IMG/VR virus record: IMGVR_UViG_3300043788_000114
Location: 32,001 to 96,000 of that record
From: a virus
Strand: one strand, 5' to 3'
DNA length: 64,000 nt
Shown here: positions 20,380 to 29,561 of the stretch, one piece after another
How positions within the stretch are numbered: the stretch's first letter is position 1
Layout: the number at the start of each line of letters is the position of its first letter
Position numbers and translations under genes: made by a program
The notes under the pieces: generated by a model
What the model was told of the DNA's origin: nothing
Seen by the model: the letters and a program-made list of their open reading frames with translations, nothing else
Databases searched by the model: none

Positions 20380-20771
20380 AAAGCCTCCTCTCTCCTTCGC
20401 TTCAATTCTTCCCCATAAGGCCCATTCGTTTGAGCGCAGAACCAACGATTCCACAACTCAGCATCATTCTCTTGCTTCCCAATAGCCATTCTTACCGGAG
20501 CCAGCGGACCGCCAAAGTGGATGACTTCAAGGAATATATCCGCTCCGTCTGCGATCATTCGACGCTGCTCGGGAGAAAGTTCCCATCTTGTAATCGCGCT
20601 ATGGCTATTCTCAGCGGGAAGCGTCGTCAATCTGGTTGGTAGCGGAGCCTTCACATTCCCCGGCAGCGTGCGGAGTGGAACGTAGCAGCCCTGTTCCAAG
20701 GCGTAGATTTTCTCAAACTCTTCCAGCCCATCAACAACAGGACCGATGGATGCGCTCAAGTAATCGAACAT
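20376..20771 (-). CDS. Hypothetical phage protein
   Basis: Y.PL...ITRWELSPEQRRMIADGADIFL..GGPLAPV pattern; operon context. Confidence 0.55.
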   Translation of the reverse strand: MFDYLSASIGPVVDGLEEFEKIYALEQGCYVPLRTLPGNVKAPLPTRLTTLPAENSHSAITRWELSPEQRRMIADGADIFLEVIHFGGPLAPVRMAIGKQENDAELWNRWFCAQTNGPYGEELKRRREEAL

Positions 20772-21215
20772 CTATCTCGCTCCGATCTGATTTGGTACAG
20801 GGAACGTCCTCATCGCCATCTGCATGTTGTGTTGGTAATAATGCTCCTCCGACGCGCACGTTTCGTTCATTTTGAAGTAGTCCCCATCCTTCGGCTTGAC
20901 GGCCCACGGCGAGAGGAGAAACGTGGTTTCCTTGCAGAGCGGACAGTAGAACGCCATCGGCCAACCCTGCTCCGGAGGAACGATCTTTGTCACGTGGATG
21001 CCACGGCGAAAGATGCGCTCCAGATCACCGAAAGGATCGTCATGGTCAAGCTCTATGAGCGGCCCATTCCATGCGCCCGTACTCCATTCGATAGGAGGCT
21101 GACTGGGAATTCCGTTGAGAATTCCCGTAATGGCATCCTGAGAGGCGAAGAACTCCTCGCGTTCGGCAATCGTCCACTCGCGCTCACTGGGCGGGTTCTG
21201 GTTTGGCTCCGTCAT
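20772..21215 (-). CDS. Hypothetical protein
   Basis: Abutting ORF in operon. Confidence 0.5.
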   Translation of the reverse strand: MTEPNQNPPSEREWTIAEREEFFASQDAITGILNGIPSQPPIEWSTGAWNGPLIELDHDDPFGDLERIFRRGIHVTKIVPPEQGWPMAFYCPLCKETTFLLSPWAVKPKDGDYFKMNETCASEEHYYQHNMQMAMRTFPVPNQIGAR

Positions 21216-21703
21216 CTTCCTCCACTGGTCTGTACTCGGTTACCCGCCTCGGGATGCGCGAATAGGAGTATTTGCCTAATCCCTTCTTTGCTGATTCCTC
21301 GCTTTTGTACAAGCGGTACGGCTGATTCACACGCCACGTGCCGTTACTGAAATCTTCGATGATCCAGATCGGTTGGTTCATGTCTTTAACTCACGTTCTT
21401 TGTCGCGCTCTTTTTCGAGTTGACGGTAGAGCTTGACGCACGACGTGCAGTTCCTCGTCACGCAACCGCCGAGATACACGTAGCGATGGCAGAGGCCGCA
21501 AACGATGCCATCTTTCATTCTGGCTCCCACGGCCAATCGGCCAAGGATATTTCGTACCACGGTTTCTGACCGTGCCACAAGAGGACTGGCTCATCGTAGA
21601 CAATCTTGCCTTCTACGCGGCGGCGCTCGCACACTCTTCCGTTTGCGTCACGGTAAAAGGAAATATCGACTTGAATTTTATCGCCGCTCATTGCCATCAT
21701 CTT

Positions 21704-22033
21704 TCACCGCCGATAGAGTTTCTCTAACTCTTCTGGCGATAGTGATTCGGTCTGTCGATTGCTATGGTCATCTCTTTTCTCGATGAATATCTGGCATATA
21801 CAATACAGCCAAGCATCTGTGGGGTTGTATTCGCTGTGTGGCGCTAATCCAGCATGACATTTACCTTTTCCATCGGTGTGCACGCACCTAAAATGGCCGC
21901 ATACGCATATCCCATGAGTAAGTGGCGGCGCAGGAGATTGAACGATTACCGGAGAAGGTAGGACCGGAGGTTTCGGCGTGAGCGAATATACAAGTCGCGC
22001 GATCAATGCTTTCCAGAGTTCTTTCATCGCCAC
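21704..22033 (-). CDS. Cys/His-rich hypothetical protein
   Basis: CVCGH..CVH...C...CICQ.F pattern. Confidence 0.5.
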   Translation of the reverse strand: MAMKELWKALIARLVYSLTPKPPVLPSPVIVQSPAPPLTHGICVCGHFRCVHTDGKGKCHAGLAPHSEYNPTDAWLYCICQIFIEKRDDHSNRQTESLSPEELEKLYRR

Positions 22034-22677
22034 TCTCCATCGCCACTAGGACGCCTCGGCTGATCGTCGGTAGGAGTGTAGTCAAGGTCCTGCGCGCCAC
22101 CCATGGCCGTGTTGGGGATGAGCGGTACGGGTGCGGTAACGGTTCCCGGAACCGGAGCCCCGTTGGTGCGAAACAGTGCCGGATCGATACTCGGCGGGAG
22201 CGCGGGATCGGCCCCCGGCTGCATAGGAACAGGAGCCATCACCGGGTAGGTAGACCCATCCGCCAACGGGTAGCTCTGCATGGATGCCGGTTCGATCATC
22301 GGATTTCCGCCAAGCGCCCGGATCACGCTGACCAGCGACGGAATCTCGGCATTCAACGCGGCCACGCGGCCCATGTACTCCGCCCGCTGCTTGATCGCCT
22401 CCGCGAGGCGTTTCTCCGCGTAGGAACTGGCTCCTTTGAAGGCCTTCGGCATCGGTACAGTGCTCTGGCGTCTCCGGGTGAGTGCTGGCCGGGGAGCGGG
22501 CTCAGGAGCAGGTGCGGGCGGATCGACGGGGGGAGCAGGAGCGACTGCGGCTTCCTTGGCTTGTCTGGCTTTGGCCCATCTAGCATCAGAGGCAGCTTTG
22601 GCAATGGCCTTGCGCTGCTCAGGGGAAAGTTTCTCTTTCCGGGCCTTGCCACCCTCCGAACCGTGATTCTCATCCAT
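22024..22677 (-). CDS. Protein with N-terminal GGKAR...LSPEQR..IA..A..ARW putative DNA-binding motif
   Basis: Motif seen at N-termini of phage regulatory proteins; own promoter upstream (TTGCAC-17-TAGATT, minus strand). Confidence 0.55.
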   Translation of the reverse strand: MDENHGSEGGKARKEKLSPEQRKAIAKAASDARWAKARQAKEAAVAPAPPVDPPAPAPEPAPRPALTRRRQSTVPMPKAFKGASSYAEKRLAEAIKQRAEYMGRVAALNAEIPSLVSVIRALGGNPMIEPASMQSYPLADGSTYPVMAPVPMQPGADPALPPSIDPALFRTNGAPVPGTVTAPVPLIPNTAMGGAQDLDYTPTDDQPRRPSGDGEWR

Positions 22678-22740
22678 GGGGATTCCTCAAGTGCAAGCAT
22701 CGAATCTAGCACTGCAAGCATGAAAGTGCAAGGATTGATT

Positions 22741-23385
22741 TTAGCGGTTGAAAGGAGTGAGGAACTTTTCGCGCCCAACGTCGCCGCCCCATTTTTGGGA
22801 ATAGTAGTAAAGATATAGCGGGAATGTCACTGAATTCACAAACTTTCGCATTGGATCGCTGTTGATCGTCGCGCTGCCTTCGTGCTTCACGTCTGTCAGG
22901 TTCGTGTCGATACATTCCCATCCTGCCAACCTGACGCGACGATAGTAGTCGTTATCCGTTGCGTACTGCGGCAAATTCACATCCCACTCTCCCACCACAT
23001 CGATCAGATCGGTGTTGAGCGCGCACATGGTGTCGTAGTGTGTGAACAAGACTCCCCATTTGCGGCCATCTGCTGCGGACTTTCGCGCGAAGTCGAGTAG
23101 CCCTTGAGCCACACCGGGTCCAGCTTCGGCATCATTGTGCATCCAAATGCAGATTTTCTGGCCGCATTCTCTGGTGAGCCGCATGATCCAGTTGAAGGTT
23201 TGCGAACAGGACAGCGGAACAGGAGGACGTAAGACATCACCCCACCAATGAGAACCTTTTGGAAGTCCGTTTGGAGAGTTGTCGATGATCGTCAGATTCT
23301 CGTGATATTCGGGAATCGAATCGACGGCTTTAGCTAACAGGTCTTCGCGTACCACGTGCGGAACGAATGCGCTGAAATCGCTCAT
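22741..23385 (-). CDS. Glycosyltransferase family 2-like
   Basis: IIDNS, WMHNDAE, VVGEWD...YATDNDYYRRVRLAG, HEGSATI motifs. Confidence 0.75.
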   Translation of the reverse strand: MSDFSAFVPHVVREDLLAKAVDSIPEYHENLTIIDNSPNGLPKGSHWWGDVLRPPVPLSCSQTFNWIMRLTRECGQKICIWMHNDAEAGPGVAQGLLDFARKSAADGRKWGVLFTHYDTMCALNTDLIDVVGEWDVNLPQYATDNDYYRRVRLAGWECIDTNLTDVKHEGSATINSDPMRKFVNSVTFPLYLYYYSQKWGGDVGREKFLTPFNR

Positions 23386-24817
23386 TTTGAACTCCTGAAA
23401 ATTTGTGGTGACATCCCCATTGAAGCTTCGAATTGAATGGCGGGAACTGGCTCAATCATCTTGATGCCCAGTTTATTTTTGGCTTCGGTTTCAAGCCAGT
23501 CACGTTGCCTTACCAACTCTTCTGGAGAGATAAAGTCGGTCCATACATGGCTAACGTAACTACCCGGAATACCTTTGTAGTAATCGGCTGTCTGGGTAAA
23601 ATCTACGTCATTCATGTACAGCGCATCTTTAGTCTTCGACGCGGTAAATTTCCACACATTATTGCCGACTGGCTCAGCATCGTCCCAATATGGGCTGCCG
23701 GGATATGGGGTGATGATGGTGGCGTCCATTTCATCCGGACGTGTTTCTATCAACCACTCATAGGTGTCCATGATCGTCTCGTGACTTTCCCCGGCGTGGC
23801 CGAGCGACATGAGAGCCTTTACCTTGAGCCCGTGAGAATGAGCAATCTCCATACACCGCGTGTTCTGCTCACGTGTGGCCTTCTTTTCGATGTTAGTAAG
23901 TATCCTCTCAGAACCAGACTCAAATCCAACGAGTATCCAACGGAATCCAGCTTCGTACATTACATTTGCCTGCTCTTCGTTGAACAAGTTAGACTTGATA
24001 AAACCACGCAGCTTCCATTCGACGCCTAATCTTTCGGCCTCGCGCTTCAAACCACGCATTAAGTCAACCATGCTCTTACTGACGTTAAGCTCATCGTCGA
24101 AGAAATTTATAGCCGTGTACCCGTATACAGAGTGAATATGCAGAACTTCCTGAATTATGTTCTCATAATCCCTGTTACGGGTGCGCCGTAGCATTGCAGA
24201 GTTCCTTCCGGCGCAAAAGGAACACATATAGGACACCCTAATTGTCCGACGAGATGTAACGCTGGATAGCCGTCAATCGAGTAATGGTAAGATTCGACAT
24301 CGAGTAGGTGCCGTGCAGGCCATGGTGAATCAGTAAACTTTTTGTTAGTCTGCCACATGGGACTTTTTGGATCGTCCGCATCTATTAGTCCTTTGAAGAA
24401 TGGGCTTATCGCTGAGAATATTGCGTCCTCTCCATCGCCCGCAATAACAACATCGAAATGTTCTAGTATCGCTTTCATTGGCGCATCAGCCCTATGCCTA
24501 CCACGCTTATAAGAAGAATGGATCAGTGTCGGATGCGGACCGCCAAGTATTAACTTCCTTCCGGGCACTTCTCGAAGCGCCTTGGCAATTCGCATAACTG
24601 ATGGAAATTGTGGTGTTGTAGAGGTGATGCCGAATATATCTGCGCCACGATACTGCCGCACAACTTCTTCGAAGTTGGCTACTCCACATAGGTCAAGATG
24701 ATCAACTTGGTAGCCGTCGCGTTCGAGAACCGCAGCAACCTTGAGAATACCGAGAGCGGCGAACACCCGGTCTTCAAGGAGGAACGGAGACGGTGGGGTT
24801 ACGAGACATATTTTCAC
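23382..24817 (-). pseudogene. B12-binding radical SAM protein split by a 1-nt frameshift inside CxxxCxxC
   Basis: 5' part (LGILKVAAVLE, ILGGPHPT, GDGE) ends GCP; other frame continues YMCSFC...FFDDEL...GFESGSERIL. Confidence 0.8.
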
Positions 24818-25386
24818 GGCTTCCTCCAAACAGTCATTCGCTCTGCTTCTGAAAGCAGTTTCCAATTCGCTGACTTCACGAATTGATCAAGACATGCGGC
24901 GACTTCGTGGTAGTCACTGTCGTGGACCGCAAGCACTCCGCTGGGTTTCAGGAATGGAATCCAATTTGCAAAATCGCGGCCTACCTGCGGAGCGTAATGC
25001 CACCCATCGATGTAGAGAAAATCGATAGGAAAATTCCACTGTGACGCCACCAAGTCGGTAGGCATTTTGTGATAGGTGAACGGGACTTCGAGAAAATGAT
25101 TCACGATGAGATTCCAAAACGCATACGTCGCATGTTTCGGTTCCCAGAGGAGAGCGTCAACGAGGTGAATATCGAGGTCGAGGTCTTTTTGAACCTGAAG
25201 GTATACCGATGACGATCTTCCAGTGTAGGTACCCAATTCCACTACACGAGAACCGGTGGGCAACGACAGCACATGGGGAACGAACGTCTTGAGTTCCGCC
25301 GCTGTGGCGGTGCAGAGAGGATGGTCATGCGTGCCGTTCCCCTCGGCAGAGAGCGAGAATTCGTAAACCTCGTCAAATGTCTTCAT
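24814..25386 (-). CDS. Class I SAM-dependent methyltransferase (Methyltransf_24-like)
   Basis: VVELGTYTGRSS, IDFLYIDGWH, LKPSGVLAVHD. Confidence 0.8.
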   Translation of the reverse strand: MKTFDEVYEFSLSAEGNGTHDHPLCTATAAELKTFVPHVLSLPTGSRVVELGTYTGRSSSVYLQVQKDLDLDIHLVDALLWEPKHATYAFWNLIVNHFLEVPFTYHKMPTDLVASQWNFPIDFLYIDGWHYAPQVGRDFANWIPFLKPSGVLAVHDSDYHEVAACLDQFVKSANWKLLSEAERMTVWRKP

Positions 25387-25402
25387 GGCTTAAACGATAG
25401 CA

Positions 25403-26095
25403 TCATTCAGGTTTTCTCAAGGCGGAAACTTCGCCACTTAGCAGCGCGCGAAATGGGTCTGGATGGCACGGACCAGCGAAATGCGCGAACTGAGGGGATG
25501 TTCCGTAGCGAGAGTTGTATGGCATTCCATCGCGCACGATCAATGATCCGTCTTCCTTGTCGGCGGAAACCACATAGAATAGCGTCGTCAGGGTATCGAG
25601 CGGAACGAGTTCGGGATGACTGGCGGCGAGTTGGCAAAACGCAAGTTGATCCATCACGTCGGCGTTGAATCTCAATCCGGCTTTCAGAGATTCGATCCAA
25701 GCAACGATGTATTCCGGGTAGCCGCACATCATTCCGGGGTTCGGATAGCGCCAAAGACTTGTGGAGCGGTACCATTGCGCAAGCGACTCATCTGGCCAGC
25801 AATTGCGCTCGGCGGAGATTAAGAGCGGAGGCACTCGGGTGTGCATACCGTAGATATTTCCGAAGAACAGCACATCCCATGCATCGGTGAAGACGATCCG
25901 GTCGTAGCCGGAGAATTTCTTGCACATCCTGTGCCAGTAATCCACTCTCCACCTTCCAGTCATGGAGCCGATCCCGTCAGATAACGTAATAGGCTCGATA
26001 TGGAAGTCGATGTGCGCATCGCGCAGTTGCCCTTCATACTCGTCAGTCAGGTATTTTCGCTCGGTGGCATGTGCGACGACAATCACGTCTTTCAT
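25403..26095 (-). CDS. Glycosyltransferase-like protein (PLOD/LH3 GT-type)
   Basis: IVFTDAWDVLF, ISAERNCWPD, YPNPGMMCGY, DQ motifs. Confidence 0.65.
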   Translation of the reverse strand: MKDVIVVAHATERKYLTDEYEGQLRDAHIDFHIEPITLSDGIGSMTGRWRVDYWHRMCKKFSGYDRIVFTDAWDVLFFGNIYGMHTRVPPLLISAERNCWPDESLAQWYRSTSLWRYPNPGMMCGYPEYIVAWIESLKAGLRFNADVMDQLAFCQLAASHPELVPLDTLTTLFYVVSADKEDGSLIVRDGMPYNSRYGTSPQFAHFAGPCHPDPFRALLSGEVSALRKPE

Positions 26096-26101
26096 AAATC
26101 C

Positions 26102-26332
26102 TCAATCTCCGCCAGCTTCCCATCCGGTTACGCAAGAAATACAAATATAAAGGAGCACCAAGCCGTAAGCCGCTCCCCCACCCAGAATGCCTGAGAACAC
26201 ACGCTCAATCATCGTATTCGGAACGTGCAGGTAGTAAGTGAACATCCACCAAAGAAATGGCGCGACCATCAGCGCGATTGCAATCGTCCAACGGCGAGCG
26301 GTGATTGGCGGACCACCGAGTTTGTTTTCCAT
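26102..26332 (-). CDS. Small two-TM membrane protein
   Basis: Two hydrophobic stretches. Confidence 0.5.
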   Translation of the reverse strand: MENKLGGPPITARRWTIAIALMVAPFLWWMFTYYLHVPNTMIERVFSGILGGGAAYGLVLLYICISCVTGWEAGGD

Positions 26333-26365
26333 ATATGCTCCGATCTGAGCGTTACTTTGTGCCGC

Positions 26366-27583
26366 TCATTTGAATCCCTCTCGGAACCATGCTTCCCAGC
26401 GAGGCCATAGATGTTTCCAGTCGTACCGTGGATCGAGACTCGTTCGCTTGCCGATCCATTCGTTCGCCTTCGTCGCCCAATCTTGAGCATTGTAGACAGG
26501 GCGCTTGGTCGCGAACGATCCTTGATAGTGAAACGCGATAGGATCAACTTGCATTTCCTTCGGAACGAAATCAGCGGCTCCAGCGTAACTCCCCGTCACC
26601 ACGGGAGTCTGACACGCGAGGCTCTCAGCCAACGGCAGTCCGAAACCTTCAGGACCTATGCCTAGCGTCAGATCGCAGGCCGAGAATGCTTCCGCCAGTT
26701 GTTCATCGGCAATCTGCGTCAAACTAATGATCGCCCTGTCGAGAATTCCATAATCGACTAGGAGTGCGGGGAGACTCCAGAATCGCTCGTATGCATCCGT
26801 GTGCAGCCATAGCCTCACTTTTCGGTCTCTGGCAATGATCGCTGCCGTTTCTATACCGAGCGCGAAATTTTTGCGGTCCTGATTCGTCGCGCAAATTCCG
26901 ATCAGGCAGGTGTCATCAGTGATCGGTCCGCTATCCTTCATGATCTGTTGGCCGCTAGTGATCTGGAAAAACATGTGGCGGCAGAGTTGACGATGCCTCT
27001 CGTAGAACGTTTCTCTGTCTACCCCATGCGGGATACTACTTAAATGCCGCTTCGATGATTCCTCGTCTCCGATAGTCCGCCGCAAAACATCTTCGCCAAA
27101 CTCACCATAGCCAAGCAGCGTATCGAACCCGAGCGCGGTTCGCATGAGTGGGAATGACAACTTGTCGTTCGGCCCTGAGCCGTCGATTGGCGCGTAGCCA
27201 AAAAGCTTGAACGGACGTTTGATGAGCCATTGACGCAACGCCGGGTTCTTGAGCAGAGAAGATTCCGAGAGTCTTGGCTGAGCGATCCAATCCAAGCGGG
27301 ATAAATCCCAAATCGTGAATACAATCCCAGACTCATTACCAGCAAAATCGTCCCAGACTTCAGGCAAAGTCGGGATCGCCCATTCCTGCATTCCCTCAAT
27401 GACGTAGTTCGTGAACCCAAAACGCCGTGAGCCGGGTCCACCCCATCCGAGAACGCCAACCCGATAAATATCGCTTAGGTGCTCATGCACCCTTGTCGTG
27501 ATGTCACGGCATATTCTTCCGAGGCCGCTTGATGACGATGGGCTGTCGGAGATGAAGAGGATTGGCGTGGGTTTTTCGGCCAT
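26366..27583 (-). CDS. Glycosyltransferase family 4 (GT-B)
   Basis: SDSP...SGLGR, IPHGVD, NQDRKN, EGFGLPLAESLAC. Confidence 0.85.
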   Translation of the reverse strand: MAEKPTPILFISDSPSSSSGLGRICRDITTRVHEHLSDIYRVGVLGWGGPGSRRFGFTNYVIEGMQEWAIPTLPEVWDDFAGNESGIVFTIWDLSRLDWIAQPRLSESSLLKNPALRQWLIKRPFKLFGYAPIDGSGPNDKLSFPLMRTALGFDTLLGYGEFGEDVLRRTIGDEESSKRHLSSIPHGVDRETFYERHRQLCRHMFFQITSGQQIMKDSGPITDDTCLIGICATNQDRKNFALGIETAAIIARDRKVRLWLHTDAYERFWSLPALLVDYGILDRAIISLTQIADEQLAEAFSACDLTLGIGPEGFGLPLAESLACQTPVVTGSYAGAADFVPKEMQVDPIAFHYQGSFATKRPVYNAQDWATKANEWIGKRTSLDPRYDWKHLWPRWEAWFREGFK

Positions 27584-27683
27584 GCGGTTGACGATAGCGC
27601 CGAAGTGAAAGCGTGTCAAGCGTCACCAGCGGTCAACGCGTGGATAGTTGACAAAAACCAAGCAGCGCGATACCGTGCAAATG

Positions 27684-27896
27684 ATGAATGACGATCAGAT
27701 CGTCCGGCTCATTCGAGGCAAACAGGGAGAGCAATCGCTCCGCGCCTACGCATCGCAGATAGGTGTTTCAGCAGCTTATCTGTCGGATGTGCTGAACGGG
27801 CACAGAGGGCCGGGGAAGAAAATGCTGAAGTTTTTTGGAATAGAAAAGACGCGCAGGGTGACGGTCACCTACGCGGCGACAAGAAAGAAGAAGTGA
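27684..27896 (+). CDS. Cro/CI-type HTH regulator, probably leaderless
   Basis: SLRAYASQIGVSAAYLSDVLNG; TTGACA(27648)-17-TACCGT ends 7 nt before ATG. Confidence 0.8.
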   Translation: MNDDQIVRLIRGKQGEQSLRAYASQIGVSAAYLSDVLNGHRGPGKKMLKFFGIEKTRRVTVTYAATRKKK

Positions 27897-27902
27897 TAGG
27901 AG

Positions 27903-28055
27903 CTAGATCACGTGCAGCAGGTAGAGAATCAGGAGGATCACCAGAATGGTTCCCAGCCCGATCCCACCACCGGCACCCGCACCCCACTGGGTGTGGCCCC
28001 AGTAGCCGAAGCCGCCGCCGAACAGCAAGATCAACAAGATAATGATGATCAGCAT
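27903..28055 (-). CDS. DUF3309-like small membrane protein (not in ORF track)
   Basis: MLIIIILLILLFGGGFGYWGHTQWGAGAGGGIGLGTILVILLILYLLHVI. Confidence 0.7.
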   Translation of the reverse strand: MLIIIILLILLFGGGFGYWGHTQWGAGAGGGIGLGTILVILLILYLLHVI

Positions 28056-28231
28056 TAGTGACCCATCCCAAGGTGCAGCGGGAGGATGCCGCTAAACAGC
28101 GCGGATGCTACCCAAAACGCCAACCCAGCGGCAATGAGCCTGCCGAACCATGGGCTGGGCTGAGGCTGGGGATTCCAAATGGCAGCGATAGCGAACAGTA
28201 CAAACGCGAAAACCAAAAGGACGATTGACAT
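28055..28231 (-). CDS. Small two-TM membrane protein (not in ORF track)
   Basis: GAGGTG SD; MSIVLLVFAFVLFAIAAIW...RLIAAGLAFWVASALF; TAATG coupling. Confidence 0.65.
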   Translation of the reverse strand: MSIVLLVFAFVLFAIAAIWNPQPQPSPWFGRLIAAGLAFWVASALFSGILPLHLGMGH

Positions 28232-28455
28232 AGATCACCTCAAGGCAATTGGATGCCGCTTTGCGGCAAATCGTCTGTATAATTCTGCTCAAGTATGGCA
28301 ACACCCTGTTTCCAAAAGCCTGACTCGAATCCACCGGTTTGCGGCGTTCACAACGAACGTCTGGTGCCGGAACAGATTCGCGTGGACGACATGAAGATCG
28401 ATTGCCTGCGCTGCCCGAGAACCGGAAGCGTGGTGAAGGATTCGAAAAAAGAGAG

Positions 28456-28484
28456 TTGACAGGATTTCTGGACCGTGAGAGGAT
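28456..28484 (+). promoter_or_regulatory. Sigma70-like promoter of tRNA array 1
   Basis: TTGACA-17 nt-GAGGAT (weak -10), 7 nt before leader GTG. Confidence 0.6.
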
Positions 28485-28491
28485 TTGAACC

Positions 28492-28560
28492 GTGAAGACT
28501 TTGTGCCTCAGTTCGCTCTCCTCGTATAGCTCATTACTGAGCGGCAGCGGGGGTTCGTGA
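28492..28560 (+). CDS. Attenuator leader peptide 1 (MKTLCLSSLSSYSSLLSGSGGS)
   Basis: 14 consecutive Leu/Cys/Ser/Tyr codons; followed by antiterminator/terminator and Leu/Cys/Ser/Tyr tRNAs. Confidence 0.8.
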   Translation: MKTLCLSSLSSYSSLLSGSGGS

Positions 28561-28589
28561 ACTGAGTCCAGAGTGGAATTCAGTGAAGC

Positions 28590-28622
28590 GGCCTCCGAGA
28601 AATCGGGGGCTTTTTAGTTTTT
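28590..28622 (+). terminator. Attenuator terminator 1
   Basis: GCCTCCGA-GAAA-TCGGGGGC then TTTTTAGTTTTT. Confidence 0.85.
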
Positions 28623-28624
28623 GC

Positions 28625-28709
28625 GCGAGAGTGGCGAAATGGCAGCACGCAGCGGTCTTAAAAACCGTTGGAGAAATCCGTGGGGGTTCAAGTCCCCTCT
28701 CTCGCACCA
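28625..28709 (+). tRNA. tRNA-Leu(TAA)
   Basis: Cloverleaf, loop CTTAAAA, CCA. Confidence 0.9.
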
Positions 28710-28710
28710 T

Positions 28711-28785
28711 GAGCCTGTACCCAAGTGCTAAGGGAGCGGTCTGCAAAACCGTGATGCGGTGGTTGGATTCCACTCAGGCTCTCCA
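28711..28785 (+). tRNA. tRNA-Cys(GCA)
   Basis: Cloverleaf, loop CTGCAAA, U73, CCA. Confidence 0.9.
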
Positions 28786-28796
28786 AGTTTAAATGT

Positions 28797-28886
28797 GGCC
28801 CCGCTGGCGGATTGGCCCAGCCACTAGTCTTAGGAACTAGCGTCCTTAGCCGGACACTGTGGGTTCGAATCCCACCGGGGCTACCA
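28797..28886 (+). tRNA. tRNA-Leu(TAG)
   Basis: Loop CTTAGGA, long V arm, CCA. Confidence 0.9.
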
Positions 28887-28893
28887 AAGTTTT

Positions 28894-28980
28894 GCCGATG
28901 TGCTGGAATTGGAAGACGGACTGCACTCAAAACGCAGCGCGAGCAATCGCATGGGAGTTCGATCCTCCCCATCGGCACCA
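28894..28980 (+). tRNA. tRNA-Leu(CAA)
   Basis: Loop CTCAAAA, long V arm, CCA. Confidence 0.9.
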
Positions 28981-29031
28981 GATTAAGGCCGTATTAGGCG
29001 ACGAACTAAATTTAGTCGTGCGGCTAATTTT

Positions 29032-29119
29032 GGAGAGTCAACCGTTGAGGCTGACGGCGCGGTTTGCTAAACCGATGGTTCCCTTTGGGAATGGGCATCG
29101 TGCGCTCGGCTCTCCGCCA
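29032..29119 (+). tRNA. tRNA-Ser(GCT)
   Basis: Loop TTGCTAA, long V arm, G73 CCA; atypical T loop. Confidence 0.85.
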
Positions 29120-29141
29120 TGTTTGTGCAGTAAACGTGTTT

Positions 29142-29229
29142 GGGGAGTAAACCTGTCGGGCGACAGGGCTCGTCTGGAAAGCGATGCGGACCCATCGGGT
29201 TTGCGTTTCGAGTACGCTGCTCCCCGCCA
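29142..29229 (+). tRNA. tRNA-Ser(GGA)
   Basis: Loop CTGGAAA, long V arm, G73 CCA. Confidence 0.85.
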
Positions 29230-29230
29230 C

Positions 29231-29318
29231 GGAAGCGTTGGGCATTTGGCAGGCCCACCCCGCTCGAAACGGGACACACCGCAAGGTGTTGGGGATTCGA
29301 CTTCCTCCGCTTCCGCCA
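29231..29318 (+). tRNA. tRNA-Ser(CGA)
   Basis: Loop CTCGAAA, long V arm, G73 CCA. Confidence 0.9.
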
Positions 29319-29324
29319 CTGTTT

Positions 29325-29414
29325 GGATACGTTAGGCATGTGCCAAGCCTACCCCGTTTGAAGCGGGACGCTCCTGAAAGGGACTTGGGTGTTGGACTCA
29401 CCCCGTATCCGCCA
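29325..29414 (+). tRNA. tRNA-Ser(TGA)
   Basis: Loop TTTGAAG, long V arm, G73 CCA. Confidence 0.85.
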
Positions 29415-29419
29415 GATGT

Positions 29420-29506
29420 GCAGCGTATGACCGGGCGCACGGTCACCGCTCTGTAAAAGCGGCGCTCATTCGAGCATGGGGAGTTGAAGCCTCTCACGCT
29501 GCACCA
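29420..29506 (+). tRNA. tRNA-Tyr(GTA)
   Basis: Loop CTGTAAA, long V arm, CCA. Confidence 0.85.
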
Positions 29507-29561
29507 GAGATGTATAATTGGGGTGTCAGGTGCGTGAACACCCGGCTTACGCCAACCGGAA

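Noticed and set aside
28456-28622. T-box riboswitch as the regulator of the tRNA arrays
   Set aside because: No T-box consensus or stem I is present in any of the three leaders, which are short and contain codon-matched ORFs instead.
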